From Thermovirgaceae bacterium (GTDB lineage: Bacteria > Synergistota > Synergistia > Synergistales > Thermovirgaceae), in the NCBI GenBank assembly GCA_040767805.1, contig JAXGNU010000007.1, positions 17,256 to 81,255 of the forward strand: a stretch of DNA of 64,000 nt. The letters are read 5' to 3'. Positions 19,675-29,257 of this stretch are shown here, one piece after another. Each line of letters starts with the position of its first letter. The stretch's first letter is position 1. A program made the position numbers and the translations under genes. The notes beneath the pieces are model-generated. The model was given only the letters and a program-made list of their open reading frames with translations, ran no database searches and had not been told where the DNA came from.

Positions 19675-22600
19675 ATGATGAAGATCGACGAGATATTTGA
19701 AAGGAGAATAGACCGGATCATTGAAGGTGTTATCAAGGCAGATGACGATGAGCACCTCTTTGAGGAGATTGACGAGTACGTAATAACCAACGAGATAAAT
19801 CAAAGGCTTTCAGAGTTTTTGGACTACTACAACGACTACCAGGTGGTAAACGGCGCCTGGATATCCGGTTTCTTCGGTTCGGGAAAATCCCATCTGCTCA
19901 AGATCCTCTCCTATGTTCTGGAAAACCGCCTCCTTCTTGATGACCTCCCTGCTGCTGAAATATTTCTGGAAAAACTAAAGGACGATGCCCTCCTCAAGGG
20001 GCAGATGGAGAAAGCCATTTCCATACCCTCCAGAAGCATTCTTTTTAATATCGACCAGAAGGCTGACGTAATGTCAAAAAAGGAAACTGACGCGGTGCTC
20101 TCTGTATTCATGAAAGTATTCAACGATCTCCGAGGCTATGATCCCAAGATCCCCCATATTGCCCAGTTCGAATACGACATGGACCGCCAGGGGTGTTACG
20201 GAGCATTCAAAGAAGCATTTCTTGAGATATCGGGTAAGCCATGGGAGGAAGCCAGAGAGTACGTCTGGCTCGAAGCGGGAGATTTTATCGCGGCCCTTTC
20301 GAGGGTAAAGGGGATGACCGAGGAAGAAGCGACAAAAACCCTGGATAGGTATGAACATACCTATCAACTTTCCATAGAGGACTTCGCCTCGCAGGTCAAG
20401 GACTATATCGACAACCAGGGACCTGGTTTTAGGCTCAACATATTTGTCGATGAAGTGGGGCAGTACATAGCTGATAACGTAAAGCTGATGACAAACCTCC
20501 AGACCATAGCGGAGAGCCTGGCCACCAAGTGCCGTGGACAGGCATGGCTGATTGTCACTTCGCAGGAGGACATGGACGATGTCATCGGGGAAGTGGGCGG
20601 ACGTCAGTCCAACGACTTCTCGAAGATCCAGGACCGTCTCAAGTGCAGGATGAAACTGACCAGTAAGAACGTCGCAGAGGTCATACAGAGGCGTCTTCTG
20701 CAAAAAAAGTCCGATGTCATCAGCGACCTTGCCCTCCTTTACGAAAAGGAAAAGAACAACCTGAAAACACTCTTCGAATTCCGTGACTCAGGAAGGACTT
20801 ATAGACATTTCCAGTCCGAGGAAGATTTCGTCGCATGCTACCCATTCATGCCTTACCACTTCGAACTGCTCCAGTCCGCCATAAAGGGCCTCTCCGAACA
20901 TAACGCCTTTGAGGGCAAGTTCAGGTCTGTAGGTGAACGTTCCATGTTGGGCGTTTTCCAGGAAGTCGCAAAACGCATCGCAGAAAAAAAGGTAGGTCAC
21001 CTTGCCTCCTTTGATCTTATGTTCGACGGTATCCAGACGGCCCTTAAAAGCCAGATCCAAACTGACATTCTTAGCGCGGAGCGGACTCTTTCTCTCCAGC
21101 CCCTGGCTGTAAGGGTGATCAAAGCCCTGTTGATGGTGAAGTATGTGAGGGAGTTCAAAGCCAACCCAAAGAATATTTCCATCCTGCTCATCGACCGTTT
21201 CGATGTGGATCCGATAGGACTGGAAGAGGACGTGAAAAAAGCCCTCGACCTTCTTGAGAAAAACACCTACCTGAGGAGATCGGGAGACCTTTACGAGTAC
21301 TTGACCGACGATGAGAAAGACGTCGAAGCGGAGATCAAAAATGTCGATGTGGACCAATCGGAGATCAACAAATTCCTGGTGGACATTATCTATCACTCAA
21401 TACTAAAGGATTCCAGGATCCGGTACGAAGAAAAGCAAAAGGATTACCCCTTCAACAAGCTGATCGATGATTCATCCTACGGGCACATCAACGCTGACCT
21501 CTCTATAAATGTAATAACGCCTTTTCATAAAAATTATGGAGACAAAAAAGCCCAAGCCATGAGATCCATTCAGGGTAACGAATTGGTCCTGATGCTCGAC
21601 GCGGATCCAAGGCTGATAGAGGACTTGTATCTGAATAAAAAAACTGAAAAGTATTGTCGCATTCATCAGGGGGAAGTGACGAAGGACAACATACGAAGGA
21701 TATTGTCAGAGAAAACCCACCAATACGAAGAAATGAAGTCAGACCTTGAAGCGAGGATAAAAGAAGCCATTGCGGCGGGAACCTGTTTCCTGAGGGGTGA
21801 TGAGCTGAATGTTCCCCTGACAGACCCCCGGTTAAAATTTTTGGGTGCTTTCCAGTATCTTGTATCAGCCTCCTATCCGAACCTCAAAATGCTTGACCCT
21901 GGCATGGATGACAAAATGCTTGCAAAGATCTTGACGGAAAAGACCGAGGCCGGTTTTTTCGCCCCCGACGAAACCCTTTCAGAGGCAGAGAGCGAACTGC
22001 TTGCTTATCTTCAGCGGAAAAAACAGAAGGGTGACAGGATTAAAGTTAAGGACGTGATCGATGATTTCGCGGCTGTGCCTTATGGATGGTGGAACGAAGG
22101 AAGCCTATGCGTGCTGGCAAAACTGGTCGCCAGAGGCAAGATAGACCTTAAGAAAGAATCCGATTACCTCGACAGGGCCGGCGCCCTTTCGGCTTTCAAG
22201 AACAGCCGGGAATATCCAAATACTGTCATTGAGCTCAGGGAAACCTTTCCCCAGGAAGCGGTAAGGCGCCTCAAGGATCTTCACAACAAGTTATTCAACG
22301 AAGCTAACACGAAAAGTGAAGCCAAAGATGTGGCCCTGGCTTTTGAGGAAAGGCTCCGCAAGGAAGTAGAAAGCCTTGACAACCTTCTTTACAAAGCGGA
22401 CCGGTACCCCTTTGATGAGGACCTGAGTGATGCGATAGAAGAGCTTAGGAAGTTTCTTGGAAAGGACTACACTTTTTACCTCAACGAAATGATGGAGTAC
22501 GAGGACCGCTTACAAGACCTCCAGGAAAACACCATTGAACCGATCAAGAACTTCATCAAAGGGCCTAGGGGCAGGATTTATGATGACATCAAAGATTTTC

Positions 22601-23187
22601 TTGGCGAGCAGGAGGCCAACTTCTCCTTTCTTGACCAGGCCAAAGTATCTGACCTGAAAAAGGGGATGTCTTCCAGGGATATCTTTAAAAACACCAACCT
22701 TCAGGACGCAAAGGCCTTGTTCGATGGTTTAAAAAAAGAATTGGAGAAAGTGCTGGCAGTGGAAAAACAGAAAGCGCTTGAGGAGATTGACCGAATGCTT
22801 CGGGAAACGAGAGGCCTGGCTGAGTACCCTCAGCTTGCGGAGGAGCAGCAAAAAGAGCTGGAAAACCCCTTTGAACAGATCGGTGAAAAGATCAGGGAGG
22901 TTAAATTCATTTTACAGATAAAAGATCTCCTAGTGACATTTAAGAAGCAGGAGTACCCGGGCATTCTGGAAAAACTGCATAAGATGACCTTGCCCATTGT
23001 TATTGATGGGAACCGCGTATGCAGCCCCGTTGCCCCAAGGAATGTTGTTACCATAACGGACCTGAAGGTCAAAAAGAAGAAGCCTATGCTTACCACCGAA
23101 TCCGACGTGGAGGAATTCCTTGAGGCCTGGAGGGTAGTTCTCATCGAGCGGATAAAAGACGGCGATTCCATCCTGATCCAGGATTAA
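19675..23187 (+). CDS. brxC: BREX P-loop ATPase BrxC
   Basis: EYVIT, WISGFFGSGKSH, FVDEVGQY, VTSQE, FSKIQDR, YPF.PY, GERSML. Confidence 0.95.
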   Translation: MMKIDEIFERRIDRIIEGVIKADDDEHLFEEIDEYVITNEINQRLSEFLDYYNDYQVVNGAWISGFFGSGKSHLLKILSYVLENRLLLDDLPAAEIFLEKLKDDALLKGQMEKAISIPSRSILFNIDQKADVMSKKETDAVLSVFMKVFNDLRGYDPKIPHIAQFEYDMDRQGCYGAFKEAFLEISGKPWEEAREYVWLEAGDFIAALSRVKGMTEEEATKTLDRYEHTYQLSIEDFASQVKDYIDNQGPGFRLNIFVDEVGQYIADNVKLMTNLQTIAESLATKCRGQAWLIVTSQEDMDDVIGEVGGRQSNDFSKIQDRLKCRMKLTSKNVAEVIQRRLLQKKSDVISDLALLYEKEKNNLKTLFEFRDSGRTYRHFQSEEDFVACYPFMPYHFELLQSAIKGLSEHNAFEGKFRSVGERSMLGVFQEVAKRIAEKKVGHLASFDLMFDGIQTALKSQIQTDILSAERTLSLQPLAVRVIKALLMVKYVREFKANPKNISILLIDRFDVDPIGLEEDVKKALDLLEKNTYLRRSGDLYEYLTDDEKDVEAEIKNVDVDQSEINKFLVDIIYHSILKDSRIRYEEKQKDYPFNKLIDDSSYGHINADLSINVITPFHKNYGDKKAQAMRSIQGNELVLMLDADPRLIEDLYLNKKTEKYCRIHQGEVTKDNIRRILSEKTHQYEEMKSDLEARIKEAIAAGTCFLRGDELNVPLTDPRLKFLGAFQYLVSASYPNLKMLDPGMDDKMLAKILTEKTEAGFFAPDETLSEAESELLAYLQRKKQKGDRIKVKDVIDDFAAVPYGWWNEGSLCVLAKLVARGKIDLKKESDYLDRAGALSAFKNSREYPNTVIELRETFPQEAVRRLKDLHNKLFNEANTKSEAKDVALAFEERLRKEVESLDNLLYKADRYPFDEDLSDAIEELRKFLGKDYTFYLNEMMEYEDRLQDLQENTIEPIKNFIKGPRGRIYDDIKDFLGEQEANFSFLDQAKVSDLKKGMSSRDIFKNTNLQDAKALFDGLKKELEKVLAVEKQKALEEIDRMLRETRGLAEYPQLAEEQQKELENPFEQIGEKIREVKFILQIKDLLVTFKKQEYPGILEKLHKMTLPIVIDGNRVCSPVAPRNVVTITDLKVKKKKPMLTTESDVEEFLEAWRVVLIERIKDGDSILIQD

Positions 23188-23219
23188 ACAGAAACCAGGG
23201 CTGGGAGGTACGGTAACAG

Positions 23220-26200
23220 GTGGATCTCAACAAACTGGAAAGGTTTTCAAAGGAAGCAAGAAAGAAACTCCTGGGAATTGTGGCCTCCAAACTGGATTAC
23301 GTCCTCTCTTTCGATTCCGTCGAACTCAGGGAAAAGAGCGACCAGGTCCTTGAGCTGAAGCAGGAGCTTTCAAAAAAGGGCAAAGAGGCTCTGATAGAAG
23401 AAGTGGCCTACACCTGGTTCAACCGGTTCGTCGCCCTGAGGTTCATGGACTCCAGGGGCTACACGGGCATCAAGGCCATTTCGCCCTTGCCCGGCCGAAC
23501 CCAGCCGGAGATCCTGGAGGCCTTCAAGGGCGGGCACTGTCCCGATGATATCTCTGTGGAGGAGAGAAAGAGGCTCTACAGGATACTCGACGGGGCCATA
23601 CCCTCAAGAGACTCCCAGAACGAGGTTTACCGCTTCCTTCTTATCGGCGTATGCAACTCCTGGCATAAACAGATGCCCTTCATGTTCCAGAAGCTTCAGG
23701 ATCATACCGAGCTTCTGATGCCCGACGATCTGTTGAGCGAGCATTCTATCCTTGCCGGGATCAACGAACAAATAACCGATGAGGACTGCCAGGACGTAGA
23801 GATCATCGGGTGGATGTACCAGTTCTATGTTTCTGAAAGGCATGATGCAGTAATTAAGGCAAAGAAAAAGATACCCCCCGAAGATATTCCAGCAGCGACA
23901 GAACTATTCACCCCTCACTGGATCGTCCGCTACTTGGTAGAAAACTCCCTGGGCCGCCTATGGATGCTGAACAGGCCCGCATCGAGGCTCGAAGAAGAGA
24001 TGGACTACTATATTTCCTGCGACGGTGAAACGGAAGGGAATTTTCTGAGGGTGGGAAGCCCCGAAGAGATAACCGTCTGCGACCCTGCCTGTGGCTCCGG
24101 TCACATGCTAACCTATGCTTTCGACCTTTTGACAAGGATCTACGAGGAAGAAGGGTATGACCGCTCAGAAATCGCGAGACTGATACTACAGAAAAATCTC
24201 TTCGGAATGGAAATAGACCGGCGCGCAGCAGCCCTTGCGGCCTTTGCGCTGACCATGAAGGCGAGGCATTACGACAGAAGGTTTTTCAGGAATGGAATGC
24301 TCCAGCCTAATATCATCTGCCTGGAAAAGGTCGCTTTCGATGAACGGCAACTGGAGGACTACAGTAAGGCCGTCGGCGAAGATCTGTACACCGACGAACT
24401 GGAAGAGACCCTTCAATCCTTTGAGAGCATCGATAGCATAGGATCACTACTGACTCCTGCACTTTTAAGCCCGGGGTACTTCCTGAGGCAACTGGAAAAG
24501 AAAGATTTCCAGGACAACTGGGTGCTCAAGATCACCCACGAAAAGGTTCTTTCCGTCCTCCGCCAGGCCTGCTACCTGGCACGAAAATACCATTGCGTCG
24601 TGGCGAACCCCCCCTACATGGGGAATAAGAACATGAACGATGTGTTGAAAGAGTTTGCAAAGAAATTTTTCCCCGATACAAAATCCGATCTGTTCTCGAT
24701 GTTCATACAGAGGAATTTGTTATTTACTCTCGAGGGAGGACAAACCGGATTCATGACGCCTTTTGTCTGGATGTTCATTTCTTCGTACGAAAAATTACGG
24801 CAATTCCTCATTGAGGAAAAAACGATTACTTCTTTGATACAGCTTGAATATTCAGGTTTTGAAGGAGCAACAGTACCGGTTTGTACTTTCACTGTAGAAA
24901 ACAAATACAAGCCTTATTTCAAAGGATCCTTTGTCAGATTATCGGATTTCCGGGGAGCGAAAAAGCAAGCGCCAAAAGCTTTTGAGGCTATAAAGAACCC
25001 TAATTGCGGATGGTTTTACCGTGCCTCAGCCTCTGATTTCAAGAAGATCCCCGGCTCGCCGATCGCGTATTGGGTGAGTGAAAGGGTCCGTCGGGTTTTC
25101 GAGGAGTCACGATCGTTATCCCCGGTTTGTAAACCAACACAAGGTTTAGCAACCGGAGATAACGATCGATTCGTACGTAATTGGCACGAGGTATGCTTGA
25201 GTACCATAGGTTTTTCTTTCCCTAACAGAAATCAGGCTAAAATCTCCTGCCTGAAATGGTTCCCCTACAATAAAGGAGGGACTTTTAGGCGTTGGTATGG
25301 TAATCAGGATTTCGTTGTAAATTGGGAAAACGATGGCTACAGAATAAAGAACTTTTCAGACGAATCCGGAAGGTTAAGATCAAGACCACAAAATTTGGAG
25401 ACTTATTTCAAAGAATCAATTTCATGGTCAAAGATTAGTAGCGGCTCCCCGGCTTTCAGATATTTTCCTTCAGGTTTCATATATGATGTGGCGGGAACAT
25501 CCATTTTTTGCGATGACCCTTCTTTGATGCTCAGGGCCATTGGGTATTGCAACTCCCTCGTCACAAAAAAGTTTCTTGAGATATTATCCCCCACCCTTAA
25601 TTTCGAGGTTGGCCATGTCGCATCATTGCCTATTATCCCCAGGGCCGGAAGTATGACCATTAGCCAAAGGCTCATTGGAAAATCAAAGCAGGACTGGGAC
25701 TCCTACGAAACCTCCTGGGATTTTAATACCTTCCCTTTGATCGATCCTGAACATCGCCGAATGTCCATAAAAGCAACATATCAAAACCTTCGAGTCCACT
25801 GGCAAGGAATGACCCTTGAAATGAAGCGGCTTGAAGAGGAGAACAACAGGATCTTTATCGACGCTTATGGCCTGCAGGACGAACTATCTCCCGAAGTCCC
25901 TCTCGAGGAGATCACCCTGACCTGCAACCCCTACTACCGCTATGGAAATAAAAAAAGCGATCCCGAACTGGAATCGCTCCTTCTAGCGGACACAATGCGT
26001 GAGTTCCTATCCTACGCCGTGGGCTGCATGTTCGGTCGCTACTCCCTGGACAGGCCCGGTCTCATCCTCGCCAACCAGGGGGAGACCGTGGAGGACTACA
26101 TCAAGAAAGTTGACCTTCCAAAAGAAGAGATCAGTTTTATGCCCGATGAAGACAACGTCCTTCCCATAACGGAGGGGGAATACTTCGCCGACGACATCGT

Positions 26201-26714
26201 CGCCAGGTTCAAGAAGTTCCTTCGGGTGACCTTTGGAGATGAATACTACGAAAAGAACCTGGCCTTCATTGAAAGGGCCCTCGGAAAGGATATCCGGAAA
26301 TATTTCCTTTCGGACTTTTATTCCCACCACGTCCGGATGTATAAAAAAAGGCCCATATACTGGCTTTTCAGCAGCCCCCAGAAGACCTTCAACGCCTTGA
26401 TCTACATGCACCGCTATAACCCGGATACAGCGAACACCGTCCTCAACGAATACCTGAGGCCCTTGATCAGGAAGCTCGAGGTCGAGAAGAATATGATCGA
26501 GACTAGAAAGGCCTCCGGCCGCATTTCTGTTAGAGAAATGGCCCAGGCTGAGAAAGATCTTGGAGTGATAATGAAACAGATCCGGGAGCTTTACGATTAC
26601 GAGCATAACGTCCTTTATCCAGTGGCCGCCAAAAGAATGGAGATCGACCTGGACGACGGCGTTAAGGCGAATTATCCCAAGTTTGGCCGAGCCTTATTCC
26701 AGCTCCAGATGTAA
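23220..26714 (+). CDS. pglX: BREX adenine methyltransferase PglX
   Basis: EEVAYTWFNR, TELFTPHWIVRYLVENSLG, DPACGSGH, ANPPYMG, YKKRPIYW, IDLDDGVKANY. Confidence 0.96.
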   Translation: MDLNKLERFSKEARKKLLGIVASKLDYVLSFDSVELREKSDQVLELKQELSKKGKEALIEEVAYTWFNRFVALRFMDSRGYTGIKAISPLPGRTQPEILEAFKGGHCPDDISVEERKRLYRILDGAIPSRDSQNEVYRFLLIGVCNSWHKQMPFMFQKLQDHTELLMPDDLLSEHSILAGINEQITDEDCQDVEIIGWMYQFYVSERHDAVIKAKKKIPPEDIPAATELFTPHWIVRYLVENSLGRLWMLNRPASRLEEEMDYYISCDGETEGNFLRVGSPEEITVCDPACGSGHMLTYAFDLLTRIYEEEGYDRSEIARLILQKNLFGMEIDRRAAALAAFALTMKARHYDRRFFRNGMLQPNIICLEKVAFDERQLEDYSKAVGEDLYTDELEETLQSFESIDSIGSLLTPALLSPGYFLRQLEKKDFQDNWVLKITHEKVLSVLRQACYLARKYHCVVANPPYMGNKNMNDVLKEFAKKFFPDTKSDLFSMFIQRNLLFTLEGGQTGFMTPFVWMFISSYEKLRQFLIEEKTITSLIQLEYSGFEGATVPVCTFTVENKYKPYFKGSFVRLSDFRGAKKQAPKAFEAIKNPNCGWFYRASASDFKKIPGSPIAYWVSERVRRVFEESRSLSPVCKPTQGLATGDNDRFVRNWHEVCLSTIGFSFPNRNQAKISCLKWFPYNKGGTFRRWYGNQDFVVNWENDGYRIKNFSDESGRLRSRPQNLETYFKESISWSKISSGSPAFRYFPSGFIYDVAGTSIFCDDPSLMLRAIGYCNSLVTKKFLEILSPTLNFEVGHVASLPIIPRAGSMTISQRLIGKSKQDWDSYETSWDFNTFPLIDPEHRRMSIKATYQNLRVHWQGMTLEMKRLEEENNRIFIDAYGLQDELSPEVPLEEITLTCNPYYRYGNKKSDPELESLLLADTMREFLSYAVGCMFGRYSLDRPGLILANQGETVEDYIKKVDLPKEEISFMPDEDNVLPITEGEYFADDIVARFKKFLRVTFGDEYYEKNLAFIERALGKDIRKYFLSDFYSHHVRMYKKRPIYWLFSSPQKTFNALIYMHRYNPDTANTVLNEYLRPLIRKLEVEKNMIETRKASGRISVREMAQAEKDLGVIMKQIRELYDYEHNVLYPVAAKRMEIDLDDGVKANYPKFGRALFQLQM

Positions 26715-26735
26715 TAAAAGTGCGAGGGCGAATTC

Positions 26736-29228
26736 ATGAACAGGATCCGGAAAAACCTTGAGAAGATCTTTCAGAAGGAACGGATAGTCTTCTGGTACGA
26801 CGAAAAAGCGGAGATGAGGGAGGTTGTCCAGAACCTCGAACTCGCCGATGTAAGCGTTGTCGAGGTGAGAAACAACGAGTTCTCTCTGAAATATAGGATC
26901 GTAAAACAGGATTCCGATTCGAAATTTCTTCTTTACTTCCCCTGCCGGAGACCTGAGGACAGCGAAAACTGGCTTCTGGATCTTCTCCTGGCGAATGTCG
27001 AGTTCAGTGCTGATGAATCTTCGGTGTTGGTGCAGGAATTGGGGTTGCCGGCCGGCCTTCGCCCCGTGGTAGAGGAACACCGGCCCTTTTTCAAATCCGC
27101 GGCCAGGACTGATGCCCTGAAAAAGCTAATAGAGAAGGATGAAAACTCCAGGTCACTACGCATTAAAATGCTGTCCATCGCTTGCGGATCCAGCCCTAAG
27201 ATGGAGGAGATCACCCTGAGGCTGGTCGGAGAACATGCCAGGGGTAAAGGGGATGGCTTCAGCAAGATAAAATCTTTTGGTTTGGAACCCTTTTTCTGGA
27301 GTGAGATGAAGAACGGTTTCGGTTACAGATCCGAGTCTCCATCGATGATTGATTTTATTTATTCCCTGTTCGCGACAGGCTATAGGTCAGTCATGGGTGG
27401 AGATATGCCCCTTTCCAGGGAAGGTCTTATCTTCCTTAACCGCTGGAAGGACAGCACGAGTAGCATCGAGAGTTTCAAGGAAATGTCAGGGCAGGTAGCC
27501 GAGAGCCTGAATATCGTAGAAGAGCTCGACCAGGAACCATTGGAAAAATTGATCGATCTGGATATATACGAAGTTGTGGACCGAAGGATAATCGTGAACC
27601 TGATCCGTGACATCCTGTCCGATTCGATCAGTCATAAAAAAGTAGAAGAGATAATAGACGCCAGGAGGAAAAGCCTCTGGTACAGCAAGAACGAGGATTA
27701 TTTCCTTTGCGTGGGTATTTCCTCGGAGTTCTTCGAAAAGATGAAAGACCTGGATCTGAGATCTGGGCACTCACAGGAGGCTTTTAGGAAATACGAAGGC
27801 AGCCTGTTCAGGATCGACCAGCTTTATCGCCAGTTTGTCCGCTCTTTCCACGCGACGGGGCCTGATTCACTTCTTATGGAACTTTACGAACGAGTCCACG
27901 GCCACTATTCAAACAATTTTCTTCTGACCCTTAATGACCGGTGGCAGAAGCACGTCAACGACATGGATGCCTGGAATATAGAAGGCATTCCTGGACAGGA
28001 GACCTTCTACTCCCGTTACGTAAAACCCTATCCTGAACAGGGCAAGAAGATATTCGTCGTCATCTCCGATGCTCTGCGCTACGAGGCGGCCGAGGAACTG
28101 AAGGGAAGGATCCTCAGGCTCGATAGATACCAGGCGGAGATCGAAAGCATGCTTGGAGTATTGCCTTCTTATACCCAGCTAGGAATGGCGGCCCTTCTCC
28201 CCCACGGAAGTATCTCCTTTGCAAAAGACCTATCGAACGTGACTATTGATGGGAGAAGCACCCAGGGACTGTCCGCGCGGGATAGCATTTTGAAGGACAT
28301 CTCTTCTGTCAAGGCTATCGCTATGAGTGCCGATGTGTTTCTTGGGCTTGATGCCCATACCGAAGGCAGGCAGGTGGCCAAGGAGCACGATGTAATTTAC
28401 ATCTACCACAACGGAATAGACGAAGCGGGGGACTCCAGGGACAGTGAGGGCAGGGTATTTGAGGCCGTCGAGGAGGAGTTCGACATCCTCCTTAACATAA
28501 TAAAGAAGATCGTAAACGTCAACGGTAACAACATCCTTATCACCAGCGACCACGGCTTTATCTACCAGGACAAGGAGATCGACGAGAGCGACTTCGCCAT
28601 GTATGAGATCCCCGATGGCGCTACCGTCATCAGCAGAAGGTATATCGTCGGCAGGGACCTTAAAAGCCAACCCGCCTTTAAAAAATTCACCTCTGAACAG
28701 CTCGGCATCGAAGGCAGCTCGGAGGTGCTCATCCCCAAATCGATAAATCGTCTTAGAGTGAAGGGCGCAGGGAGCAGATATGTCCATGGCGGCGCGAGCC
28801 TCCAGGAGATTGTCATCCCGGTGCTTGCGGTCACTAAACTCAGGAGCAGCGACGTCAGATCCGTCGAAGTGGATGTATTTACATCTCCCAGGATCAATTC
28901 CAGGCAACCGGTTTTCCGTCTTTTTCAGACTGAACCCGTTGAGGAGAAGGTCCAGCCGCGGTCGCTTAGGATAGGTGTTTTCAGTGCCGACGACATACTC
29001 TTGTCGGAGATTTGTAAAGAAATATTTGATTCCTCTGATGAGAACGAAAGGGCCCGGGAGAAGAAGATAGCGCTTAGTCTCTCAAGAGAGGCGGACCGGT
29101 TCAACGGACAGAGGGTTTTCTTGAAGCTCAAGGAACAGGCAGCCCCCGGGGTGAGCCAGTACAAGACTTACAAGAGCTTTGAGTTGAACCTGAATCTGCC
29201 CTTTGAGGGCGATTTTGAAGATTTTTAG
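26736..29228 (+). CDS. pglZ: BREX phosphatase/phosphodiesterase PglZ
   Basis: RIVFWYD, VISDALRYE, LPSYTQLGMAALLP, ITSDHGF, YVHGGASLQE. Confidence 0.95.
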   Translation: MNRIRKNLEKIFQKERIVFWYDEKAEMREVVQNLELADVSVVEVRNNEFSLKYRIVKQDSDSKFLLYFPCRRPEDSENWLLDLLLANVEFSADESSVLVQELGLPAGLRPVVEEHRPFFKSAARTDALKKLIEKDENSRSLRIKMLSIACGSSPKMEEITLRLVGEHARGKGDGFSKIKSFGLEPFFWSEMKNGFGYRSESPSMIDFIYSLFATGYRSVMGGDMPLSREGLIFLNRWKDSTSSIESFKEMSGQVAESLNIVEELDQEPLEKLIDLDIYEVVDRRIIVNLIRDILSDSISHKKVEEIIDARRKSLWYSKNEDYFLCVGISSEFFEKMKDLDLRSGHSQEAFRKYEGSLFRIDQLYRQFVRSFHATGPDSLLMELYERVHGHYSNNFLLTLNDRWQKHVNDMDAWNIEGIPGQETFYSRYVKPYPEQGKKIFVVISDALRYEAAEELKGRILRLDRYQAEIESMLGVLPSYTQLGMAALLPHGSISFAKDLSNVTIDGRSTQGLSARDSILKDISSVKAIAMSADVFLGLDAHTEGRQVAKEHDVIYIYHNGIDEAGDSRDSEGRVFEAVEEEFDILLNIIKKIVNVNGNNILITSDHGFIYQDKEIDESDFAMYEIPDGATVISRRYIVGRDLKSQPAFKKFTSEQLGIEGSSEVLIPKSINRLRVKGAGSRYVHGGASLQEIVIPVLAVTKLRSSDVRSVEVDVFTSPRINSRQPVFRLFQTEPVEEKVQPRSLRIGVFSADDILLSEICKEIFDSSDENERAREKKIALSLSREADRFNGQRVFLKLKEQAAPGVSQYKTYKSFELNLNLPFEGDFEDF

Positions 29229-29257
29229 TATGCCCCTTTTGAAAGGCGGTACTTTTT

